Shown here piece after piece: positions 12,260 through 23,694 of a stretch of 64,000 bases of DNA (the stretch's first letter is position 1; each line of letters begins with the position of its first letter). The DNA lies in NCBI RefSeq assembly GCF_006345805.1, contig NC_043004.1:70184001-70248000 (forward strand). Direction: 5' to 3'. The translations under genes and the position numbers were made by a program. This DNA comes from Octopus sinensis. Taxonomy: Eukaryota. The notes under the pieces were generated by a model that was given only the letters and a program-made list of their open reading frames with translations, was not told where the DNA came from and searched no databases.

Positions 12260-13351
12260 ATACAAAACAAAACAGGCAAAGGAATACCTAAGTGAATTCC
12301 AAACACAACAAATTCCAGAATTAGATGTAATGGAAACAAGTACAGAAAAAGCTAAGCATATGAAAACCCATGCTAAAACTGCTGCCTTAGATATTCTTAC
12401 TGATAAATGGCAAGAAAAACTTCTTAATAGCAAATACCTAAAGAGAGCTAATAGTGCTGATGTTGATAAAGCCCTTACCCATCAATAGTTAGTGTCTTCT
12501 GGCTTAAAATCAGGAATAGACGGGTTTATCATAGCAGCCCAAGATGAATGCCAACTTACAAGTAACTACCAGGCCAACATATTAAAGAATGGATGTAACC
12601 CAACATGTCATGTATGCAAACAACCAAATCGAACCATTGATCATGTTGTCTCCATGCGCAGTCTTTTTGTTCCTACAGAGTATCTCAACAGGCATGATAG
12701 AGCAGCACAATATATTCACTGAGTAATTTGTAAAAACTTGGACCTGCCCCATGATAAAAACTGGTGGGAAAACAAACCACCTCCAATGCTTGAAAATGAT
12801 CACATCTCACTCCTCTGGAACTTCACCATTCAAACTGATAGACAGATAGATGCAAATAGGTCAGACATTATATTGAAAGACTTCAGACAAAAATCATGCC
12901 TCCTCATTGATATTACTGTCCCAATTGACATAGATGTATCTGTCAAGAGCTACCAAAAACTTAGCAAGTATAAAGATCTTGAAATAGAAATTGGTAAAAA
13001 GTGATACCTCAAGACAAAAACAATACCAGTTGTCATAGGTGCCCTAGGAATGATAGCAAAATGGGCTGATTCCTACCTACCTCAGATACCAGGTATCCCC
13101 AAATGGCAGAAATTCAAAAGATAGTGCACATGGGTACTGCCCATATCCTATGTAAAATACTGTCGATGTAATCTTAAATTTTAAAACAAACTCATAATTT
13201 TCTTAAACATTCTCTAGAACAATACTATATGCAAAACCAAATATATGACACCCTAGGCATAACACTAACATGAACTTCTGACTTGTTTTCTCTTAAGGTC
13301 TTTGGGTGAGACTTGGAGTCAACTTGTACAAATACAAAGCAAAAGTTAAAC

Positions 13352-13354
<3 letters not shown>
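12260..13354 (+). mobile_element. 3' fragment of R4/Dong-type (restriction-like endonuclease) non-LTR retrotransposon in a (TAA)n tract
   Basis: Broken ORFs 12492-13004: GFIIAAQD, CHVC...TIDHVVS (CCHC knuckle), YLNRHD, ANRSDIIL...LIDITVP, KLSKYKDLEIEI, IPVVIGALG; flanked by (TAA)n on both sides, the known Dong-type target. Confidence 0.8.
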
Positions 13355-13441
<87 letters not shown>

Positions 13442-13482
13442 AATAACAACAGCAACAACAAGATTTTGAGTAAATGACTGAC

Positions 13483-13564
13483 CTGATCCAAATGCACTGT
13501 CATCACCAAGTGTGACAGTGTTACGTCGACTTACTGTGCCACTTGGTGACATCTCAGCAAGTAA
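13483..13564 (-). CDS. PEAK1: PEAK-family gene, small exon (LLAEMSPSGTVSRRNTVTLGDDSAFGSG)
   Basis: Acceptor gttttattgtttcAG|TTA CTT (phase 0), donor TCA G|GTCAGT (phase 1) joins in frame to the 8079 exon; GC-richer than flanks. Confidence 0.7.
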
Positions 13565-15147
13565 CTGAAACAATAAAACAACAACTTGGTCAAGAATAAT
13601 TACAGTTCACACCATTCATAGAAATACCTCGTTTATGTTTTGTTTAATTGTTGAGGGGATTTATCACTAGGTAGCAATGAAATACTTGTTGTTACATGAT
13701 AGTTGCCTAGTAGATATCAAACATTTAATCATTTTGTAACCATATTTTTAATGAAATATACAGCCTGATTTTGAATCCATTTTGGAACTTTGAACTGCTC
13801 ATAGAATTGGAGTTAGTAAAATAGTTGACTTATTTCATTTAGGGGTGCTTGTGATTGTTTAAAGCTAGTTTCCGCTTTAAAAATGACAGCAGGTTGTGAT
13901 TTGAGAAAAATTTTGCTATTATTTCTAGCAGGTCAAGCAACCACTGAGAGTTTCCTTTAGAGAAACTTTTAGATTAAATATGAAATTAAATATGAAAAAT
14001 TTAAAACAGGAAGTTCTTGTATTGTGGCCATCCTGACTTTTATTCAGACACAGTGTATCTAGGACTATTATTGAATGTATCCTCTTTTAAAAAAGATTGT
14101 AAGAAAGATTTGGCTGCTAATTCTAGCAAGTAAAATGATTATATAGAATTTTCCATTAGGAATATATTTTTTTACATTAAATTTTGTTAGGAATTTTTAA
14201 TTTAAATTAGGTCCTTTAAAACAGAGAGGCTTGTAACATAGAACCAGAGGTCATAAAAGGTAAGTTGGTATTAAAACAGTTAAACCCAAACTTTATGTAG
14301 GAGTATAAATAGCACCTGATGGTGATTGGAGAATGTACCAAACAAACTGTAGTGTAAATAATAACAAACACATACATGAGGTAAATCATTTGATAAAGTC
14401 TCATTGCCCTCAAACTTTATTGCAAACTATAATTTTCAGAGTTTATTCACCCAGGAATAAAAATTTGTGCTATTTCCAGATTCTTGATTCTTAAATTTCA
14501 AAGTGATAAACTTGGTATATTTTTACAAACTGGTATTCAAGTGGGAAGGATAAGATCAAAATGAAGTTCATACTCCTTCTTTGATTCTGTTTCATACATA
14601 CCTTATCCAAATGCAAAATGGGGAGAAGAGAAATAAACAAAAATATTATAATACACAAAACCAAAGATTTTCAATCTTTCTTTTTAACCCATGACTGACT
14701 GAATAAGGGGATAAGGAGTATGGCATGTTATCATCTTCTTAAATTCTTTCTTACATAACAATAAAAATGAAGCTTAAGATTGTTTTAAAATAGAAATAAA
14801 CGCATGCATTGCACTTTGCCACAAAGTTGCATTAGAAAAACTCAAGTTCTCTAAATATCCTGGCATTTTTAGCAAGCCTCAAAAAGTTGCAGCATATCTA
14901 CAGAGCACATGTGGCATACATGTGGGCAACAGAAAAGTGGCTTGTAATGTGTGATGTAGAAAGAAAAAAATTATTTTCCTTCAGCTACGTGGCTGAGTTT
15001 CACAACCATCACCATGAGATTCTACCTGCCTACAAACAGGAAACATGTTTTTCTTATATATTATATACTATACTTTCAGATGAGTGCTTTAATTTTTGAT
15101 CAGGCCAACAATATCATATATATGATATCGTTATATATATATATATA

Positions 15148-15369
15148 CACGAGGAGAAGCTGAAAAGTTTCTGGCTTTAAGGGTATCATAAAAGGCTTGA
15201 TTAGAGGCCTGACCTTTTGGGTTGTTTTACAGGGCTTAGTAGAACTGAAGTACAGCTGCAATAAGTGGCTGAGAATCTGAGAGGGGAATATGTTGAATAA
15301 AATCATAATTAACTGATCCTCCTATATTTTCTTTTACCCAAAGCCAGGAACATTTCAGCACCCACTCAG
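15148..15369 (+). mobile_element. Mariner-derived MITE, copy 1
   Basis: TIRs gctgaaaagtttctggcttt / aaagccaggaacatttcagc; internal mariner C-terminal remnant (LRGEYVE*); second copy at 48210-48428. Confidence 0.7.
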
Positions 15370-16017
15370 GACACTGAACCTTATGGAGGAGATGACAAAG
15401 GAATGAGATATCTGGTGGGGTCTTGCTTTATTCAAGAGGACCTGTCCTCCATGGCAGAAATGTTGCTCCATTGGCCTGCAAGAGCCCCATGCCAGTGTCC
15501 CATTAAATGCACCTAGTACACTCTGTAAATTAGTTGGCATTAGGAAGGGCATCTGGTCATAGAAACCAAGCCAAATCAGACTGGAACCTGCTGCAGCTCT
15601 CCAGCTCGCCAGCTCAGGTCAAACCATCCAACCCATGCCAACATGGAAAAATGGACACTAATGTATGTATGTATTTATATATATATATAAGGAGCACTCC
15701 ATCAGTTATGACAACATGGATCTCAGCTGATATGATCAATGGAATAGCTTGCTTGAGAAATTAACATGTAAGTGGCTGAGCACTCCACAGACAGGTGTAC
15801 TTCTAATGTAGTTCTCAGGAAGACTCAGCGTGACACAGAGTTTGACCAGGTTGGCCCTTTGAAATACAGGTACCACTCATTTTTGTCAGCTGAGTTGACT
15901 GGAGCAATGTGAAGTAAAGTGTCTTGCTCAAGGACACAATGTGTCGCCGGGAGCTGAACTCACGACCTTACGATCGTGAGGCAAATGCCCTAACCACTAA
16001 GCCACATGCCTACACTA

Positions 16018-16071
<54 letters not shown>

Positions 16072-16110
16072 GTATATATATGTATGTATATATGTGTATA
16101 TATATATCTA

Positions 16111-16144
<34 letters not shown>

Positions 16145-17535
16145 CTAAGATTTATTATATTATAAAGGATACCAAACCTTATTTTGGGAAAAAAATAATA
16201 TAAAGTAAATCTTATTTTGTTTTCGTTTTTAGAAATTAGACAGAAGGGTTAGTGCCCTTGACTTGTTTTGCCTCCCAAATTGATAAGATTGATTGTATTT
16301 TGTAGTTGTTTTATAAATTTTAAACACAGAAAATATATTTACAAAAAGAAAAAAAAATACATTGGTTGTTATTAGGTAGACATTTCATTTCGATTATCAA
16401 ATTTTGAAAATTGGAATTTATCAGAAATTTGGACAATGAAACAGAATCTATTTTAACCTAAATATAAAAATATATTTAGTTTTTAGTTTAAAGTAAATCG
16501 AAGGGATTAAATTTCCTAGAAAGAGAATGTAAACCTAATAACCGAAAGCAGGACAAATTTATGTTTCATTCATATCTTAATTAGAATTAATAAACTCATT
16601 AGCAACACAATGGAAAATATAAGAAAATATTATTTTATAATGTATTTATTCCTATAATTTAGGAAATTTTTTAAGAAAACATGACCATATGATAAAAACA
16701 TTAAACTTAGACAAATAGAAAGAACAGGAAATATTAATTTTTCAAAAAAGAAAATGTTTGTTTTTTGTTTTTCTTCTTTGAGAGCAAGAGTCAGGTAATT
16801 ATTTTGAAATAAAGAAACTGAGTACAAATTTATAGCAGACTAATATAAAGCGAAGAATATTTGGTAATATTTGTAAAATAACAAAAAGTGCAGGCAGTGA
16901 TGCAGTAGCAGATTAAGGACTTTATAAGAGATTGCAGCACATGAGACTCTGTCAGCTGGAGGGTCTAAAACAGAGTGTGAAATTTCTAAAAATATTACAA
17001 GTGATGAGGGGCAAGGGTGGATGTTTGGTTCACATTATCTGTAATGCAAGGGTCTACACAATCTTAATCCAGCTCTGCATGTATGAATGTTTTGAAGTCA
17101 GTGAGGTAACGTTTTCATTGGTCATTTGACTGATACAAGAGCATCTTTTAATCATTTGATGTTTTATTTTGGAGGTCAGTTTTGACAAATCATGTGACTA
17201 ATATGTTAGATATTTGATTTGTCACTTTCAACAGGTTGTTGTCATTATTAAGCCACAGGAAGGTGGCAAACTGGCAGAAACGCTAGCACGCCGGGCGAAA
17301 TGCTTAGAGGTATTTCGTCTGCCGTTACATTCTGAGTTCAAATTCCACCGAGGTCAACTTTGCCTTTCATCAAATATTACAACACTGTCTAACTGACTGA
17401 AGAGTGACATCACAAAACATGTGACAACAGTTTCATTGAAAGATAGCATCACATCTCATTCAAAACACCTTGTTGCTAACTAAGGAGTTATGTTTGAGCG
17501 AGCGATCCGGCGGCAATGATTGATCGGGGTGGCAG

Positions 17536-17562
17536 TAATGATCCTTCCGCAGGTTCGCCTAT

Positions 17563-17593
<31 letters not shown>

Positions 17594-17790
17594 AGTGATT
17601 GGGTTCGGTCATCTTCTCCAGGACATCAGAGAACATGCTGACGACAGCGCGGAACGCCGCTGTGTGTAAGCGGACTCATTGGCCAGATACAAGGACCTCA
17701 CCAGACCATTCAATCGGTAGTAGCGATGGGTGGTGTGTACAAAGGGCAGGGACGTGACAGACGCAGGCTGATGACCTGCACCTAGCGGGA
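17536..17790 (-). pseudogene. 18S rRNA 3'-end fragment (non-functional), followed by about 45 nt of ITS1-like sequence at 17491-17535
   Basis: Reverse complement of the universal 18S 3' end: taatgatccttccgcaggttcgcctatggaaaccttgttacgactttt and gtagtagcgatgggtggtgtgtacaaagggcagggacgt; CG->TG changes versus canonical (cctacgg, agcgacgggcgg); only about 255 nt present. Confidence 0.92.
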
Positions 17791-18359
17791 TAAATTAAGT
17801 ACCAGTTGCATACTGGAGTCGATCTAATTGACTGGCCTCCTCCCCAAAAATTTTAAGTTTTATGTCTAGAGTAGAAAAGAATATTGAGAACCAATGACAA
17901 GTCACTATCAGATCATATCTGCCCACTCTTCTCTGACCACAGTCTAAGGGTTAGAATGCACGAACATAGTCTAAGGTTCATGCATGCTTAAACCTTAAAC
18001 TGTGTCGGTCTAAGGTTTAGACTCTGACAATGTACTCCCTTATCAGTCAGTGTTTTATAGAGATAAGGAGATAACTTCATAATCCTTTCTTCCATAGGCA
18101 TGAGGCCTGAAATTCTCGGGGAGGGGTTAAGTCGACTAGATCGACCTCAGTACTCAACTGGTACTTAATTTACTGACCCCGAGAGGATGAAAGGCAAAGT
18201 CAATCTTGGCAGAATTTGAACTCAGAACATAGCAACAGGCAAAATACCGCTAACCATTTCGTCCAACATACAAACAGTTCTGCCAGTTCACTGCCTTGAG
18301 ATAACTTTATAATGTCACCTGATTTTATTCCCTAGGGAATGTTATGGCGGAGGCATTTG

Positions 18360-18885
18360 CCATGATGTGATACTAAGCATCAGTTTAGTGACATAATGTT
18401 GTTACATGCGACGATGAGATGTTACTCTTCTCTTGAATAGACAGTGCCATGGCACATGAGGCAGAGTTACTTCTTGATCAATATGACAGTATTATCATAT
18501 TGTTATGTGGAGTGATTTTACTCTTCAACCAGTGCAACAGGGTTGTCATGAGATATGATGTTACACATCAGTTAGTGATACAACACTGTCACAAATATGT
18601 GACATGACTTCTCAGTTAGCAACAAGGTGTTGTCGAATGAGATGTGATGCTATCCCTCTATGAAACTGTTGTCACGTGATTTGTGATGTCACTCTTCAGT
18701 CAGTGAGACAGTGTTGTTACATGAGGTGATGTTACACAATGCTGTAAATACACAATACTGTCATGTGTGATGTTGCGCCTCTGTCAATGAAAACGTGTTG
18801 CCTGTCACATTACATGTTACACCTCAGTTTGACACAATATTGTCACATGATGTGATGCTACATGTTGATCAATATTTTACATTGG
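18360..18885. repeat. Highly diverged 40-45-bp minisatellite (about 12 units)
   Basis: Recurring core (t)gtcacatgatgtgatgttac separated by more variable segments of about 20 nt. Confidence 0.65.
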
Positions 18886-18958
18886 ACAGTTTTGTCAGTT
18901 GAAAAAACAAAATTGCCTTCTAAAACATACTGAGATTCAGCAAAGCGAAATGAAAAGA

Positions 18959-19008
<50 letters not shown>

Positions 19009-19606
19009 TGATGATGATGATGATGATTATGATGATGATGATGATGGCAGCCATGTTGTATTTTTTTTAATCATTAATTTTTTAAGCTATAAAAAGGAAA
19101 TAGCCAAAAAATAGAATAGCAGGAAAGAAAATTTTGTATTTCACAAGAATTAAACATTCTCATTGTCTAAGAGTTGGATAAAAAGAAAGATGGCATAATA
19201 TATAGGCAACTATGAGGAAGAGAAAGAGATGCCACATTCCATCTTAAGTACAACATAGAACTGAAGTTGTTAATTCCTACGGTTTGTTTATCTGTTTGTC
19301 TGTCATTGTTTCATCTGTTATTTTATTATTTCCTGTCAAAACTATAATGATAGCCATTTTGGCAGCTGAAGGTGAGGCGTATAAATCTGATGTCATTGTT
19401 AACTGGGAACCCTTTGTATCATGTGTTTTTGTGGTTCTAATTGGTCCTTCATTGAAATTCTTATTGCTGCAGAGTTAAACTTATTTAAGGATACTTGGTT
19501 TACCGTGGTTTTGTTGAATATAGTTCACCATATAGTGATAATGCATTCCTTAGGATTCTAATTCTAGTAAGGGTTGTTTAGGGGTTCCTAGTTTATGGAG
19601 CTTTGT

Positions 19607-19643
<37 letters not shown>

Positions 19644-20761
19644 CTAAATCCACAAGTTTTTTTTTTAATTCTCTTTCTATTTATTTCCTCGTAGTCCTTC
19701 CTGTTGAAGAGCATAGGCTCGAAACATAAAAGACTTTCTCACTTTCCCAAGCATCAAACTAATACACCTGCTTGTTGTTCACACACCTGTCATTTTGATT
19801 TTCTGTAAATTTCAACTACATATATATATATATATGATTTTTGTGTTTGCAGTGAATATCACATACAAAGTACATATTGTTCAATACATATTCTAGAGAA
19901 TACATTTATTATAAAGTGATAGTTTAAGGTTAATTTCTAGTCTGTTAAGTACCCTGTTAAGAAAAAGTTTGGCACTTATGGAAATGAAATACTAATCAAG
20001 TTTAAATATCATTTATCTGTGTGTATCAACATCACTGTTTTTAACATCCACTCTTTCATGTCTGTATGGGTCAGATGGAATTTGTTGAGGCAGATTTTTC
20101 TATAGCCATGTTCTTCCTGTCATCATCCCTCACCTGTTTCCAAGCAAGGCATCATTTTTTCTTTTTTAATTCTTTCAACATGAACAGCACAATAGCCAGA
20201 CATGTTTTTGCAGAAGATTGCAAACAGATGACACTGCTTGTATGATGGTGGCATTTGTTTACAGTAGGTATGTAATACTGAGAAAAGGAGGCATGAACAT
20301 GCACAACACTTACACACAAACCTACATAATTATATATGTATTAAATGCATGACTATGTTCAAATTTTATTGCTTATATTTTATATGTTCCATATTTTCTT
20401 ATTAGTCATTTTGCCATTGGTTTGGAACAGTAGAGTTCCTAAATCCATATCCAATGTTTCTAGACCTTCACAACCTCATTATCAGGAATTGAATTGAATA
20501 TATTTGGCATTCATATATTGATTGAATATATTTAGACTTCCTTGTCAAAGATTATCTTTCATCATTAGCATCAGCAATCATATGTTCATTTGTCTATTAC
20601 AATCAAATTTTGACAGTTAACTACTTTTTAAAAATTTTTTTTATGCCAGTAGCAAGCCATGTGTTAATCTTTTTTTTGATATGTGTGTTTGCATGTTAAT
20701 TTGGCATTGTATGAGTATGGTTACCATAATTAATGTTCTGTTGCCTTTTTTGTGGAATTTT

Positions 20762-21165
20762 GCAGGAGTGGCTGTGTGGTAAGTAGCTTGCTTACCAACC
20801 ACATGTTTCTGGGCTCAGTCCCACTGTGTAGCACCTTGAGCAAGTGTCTTCTACTATAGCCTCAGGCCGACCAAAGCCTTGTGAGTGGATTTGGTAGACG
20901 GAAACTGAAAGGAGCCCATCCTATATATGTATATATATATATATATGTATGTGTGTGTATATGTTTGTGTGTCTGTGTTTTTCCCCACCAACATTGTTGA
21001 CAACCAATGGTGGTGTGTTTACGTCCCCATAACTCAGCGGTTCAGCAACAGAGACCGATAGAATAAGTACTAGGCTTCCAAAGAATAAGTCCTGGGGTCG
21101 ATCTGCTCGACTAAAGACAGTGCTCCAGCATGGCCGCAGTCAAATGACTGAAATAAGTAAAAGAG
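20762..21165 (+). mobile_element. tRNA-headed SINE, dominant family
   Basis: Full-length homolog of 317-737. Confidence 0.85.
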
Positions 21166-23094
21166 TTGTATTTTCCTAGATAAGTTTGTTTTGTAGTGTG
21201 TGCTGCACTGGTCTGTCTATTGTAACAACCAAAGTTCTGAAGTTTGCAACTTTCAGTTTTACAGTTAAATTAAGCAATCACATTCGTCATCCACAGGGTG
21301 TTTCATTTAATATTTTATTAAAATTATGAAAGCTGGGGTCACCCGTACTCTACAGATATGGGTTCTACAAGTTTTTGAGAAAAATCATACAAGGTCTCTA
21401 CAACAAAATAAGTTTGGGAACTGCTGATTTAGGGTAGACCCTTAACCCATATGCATCCAGATTACTCAGTCGAATCTGAAGGACATCCGCTTCTGCCATT
21501 CGTCATGAATGACCATGGTATTGCACCAAGAATGTTACCCTCCAAGGGCAAGGTTGTTTATAGAAGTTCAGCAGTTACCTATGCATACCAGCCTCTCCTC
21601 TCCATGTCACTGATGTCATCCAAGGGAAAGACAAATGCCGATACAGATTGGCACCAGTGATGTCACAACTCATTTGTACAACTGAGTGAACTGGAGCAAA
21701 GTGAAATAAAATGTCTTGCTCAACAACACACAGCCCAGTCCAAGAATTGAATTCACTACCTCATGATCCTCAGCCCAATTGCTCTAACCACTGAGCCTCA
21801 AATTGTTTCGAATTTAATATGCATTGCCTCATGGTTTCTAACTGTCAATGAGGTGATTGTTTGGCTGGTTTGAACATAGAACTGATAGAATATTTGGACT
21901 TGATATGACTAATTTAAATACTAAAGGATTTTTAGAAATAAAAAAAAAAGATGGGAGGCCAGCGGTTGGAATGCTTCTTGTAATCATTGATCTGTTCAAT
22001 TAGGACTGATCTGCTGTTAAATAACAAAACCTATCCGATTATTTTTGACCTTGAGAAAAAGGTAATGTAGCATGGTGTAGACTGCTCAGTACACTTTGTA
22101 ATTCCTAAACAGCCTGATAGTAATGTAGATAAAGTTTCAGGTAGGTACTGATGGTAATATATATATACATATACATGTATCTGGGGTGTTTCACTGGAGA
22201 AACAGCAGTAAAGGCAGCATAGTTGTTGTAAGGACTGATATTAAAAGAAAAACTGGTTCTCTGGAGCCACAGTCATTAGTTTAATAATCTCTCTTTTGCC
22301 TTCGACCAAATTCTTCATATAAAAAAGTAAGGTAAAGCTTCCTTCCTGAGTGATGCCAACTCTTAGGGCCAGCTTCCCAATGCATATATATCCCCTGAAT
22401 GGACAGGATGTCAGCCCATCACAGGATTACTTGTTTTTGCCAGCTGAGTGGAGTGGAGCAATGTGAAATGAAGTGTTTTGCCCAAGAACATAATGCATCA
22501 CCGGTCCAGGAATTGAAACCACAATCTTACGATAATGAGTCTAACACCCTAACCACTAAATTCTTCATATGGAGTGTAGTAACTTACTTTGGTGGGACCA
22601 GTCTTTCTATCCCCCTGCTGTCGCATGTCACAGTGCTCTCAATGTAGCAAAGACAGGTCTAGATGTGGATATGCTAAGGTTATTTTCTAAAGAAGTTTTA
22701 AATCAGGCTGAAATAATTTTCATTCATAACATTTATGGAGGGGAAATACATATTTTTTTTGTAATATGTAAAAAAGAAAGAAGAAAAGAAAAACCTCTTT
22801 TCCTGTTCCTTTTAAAGGTAGATGTTAGAGCGATGACACGGGTAATTATGGATGAGAAACTTATCAAGTTTAAACAGAACACACCATATGTGTGGCGAGC
22901 GAGTGTGGGTAGAGTTTTAGTGATTTACAACTTCATTACAATAGCATGTGTGTGTGTGTGTGTGTGTGTATGTGTGTGTGTGTTTGTATGAGTGTGTATG
23001 TGTGTGCATTTTATAATAAATGAGAGTAAAAATACTCAATACGTACACATATGAGGGGGAGTACATATGTGTGTGTATAAATATATACATATAT

Positions 23095-23209
23095 ATATAT
23101 ATACATACACACACTCACACACATACATATGTACATTTATATATATAAATATATGTATGTATATAAATGTACATATGTATATGTGTGAGTGTGTGTATGT
23201 ATATGTGTG

Positions 23210-23253
<44 letters not shown>

Positions 23254-23486
23254 TATAAAGACACATACACATGTATACACACATATATGTATATATATAT
23301 ATACATACACACACTCACACACATACATATGTACATTTATATATATAAATATATGTATGTATGTATATAAATGTACATATGTATATGTGTGAGTGTGTGT
23401 ATGAATATGTGTGTATGTATATATATATATACACACGCACACATATAAAGACACATACACATGTATACACACATATATGTATATAT

Positions 23487-23534
<48 letters not shown>

Positions 23535-23630
23535 CACACACTCACACACATACATATGTACATTTATATATATAAACATATGTATGTATATATGTATATA
23601 AATGTATATATGTATATGTGTGAGTGTGTG
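23095..23630. repeat. Tandem repeat of a 200-230-bp microsatellite-derived unit containing an internal hairpin
   Basis: catacacacactcacacacatacatatgtacattt recurs at about 23104, 23303 and 23531. Confidence 0.75.
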
Positions 23631-23653
23631 TCTATATACACACACACACACGC

Positions 23654-23694
<41 letters not shown>

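Noticed and set aside
17536-17790. Functional rRNA gene
   Set aside because: Only about 255 nt, CpG-decayed in universally conserved positions, and embedded in a SINE.
18360-18885. Repeat-spacer appearance suggestive of CRISPR
   Set aside because: Eukaryotic intron; repeats are heavily degenerate, spacers are related to each other and there are no cas genes.
19140-20780. Possible coding exons or a Penelope-like remnant on the minus strand
   Set aside because: Multiple stops in all frames, no clean splice pair, and motifs too decayed to assign.
22917-23687. Numerous YI/HT/CV-rich ORFs here and at 5477, 15924, 28914, 35211, 51888, 53606, 55576
   Set aside because: Translations of (TA)n, (CA)n and (TATG)n microsatellites, which lack stop codons in several frames.
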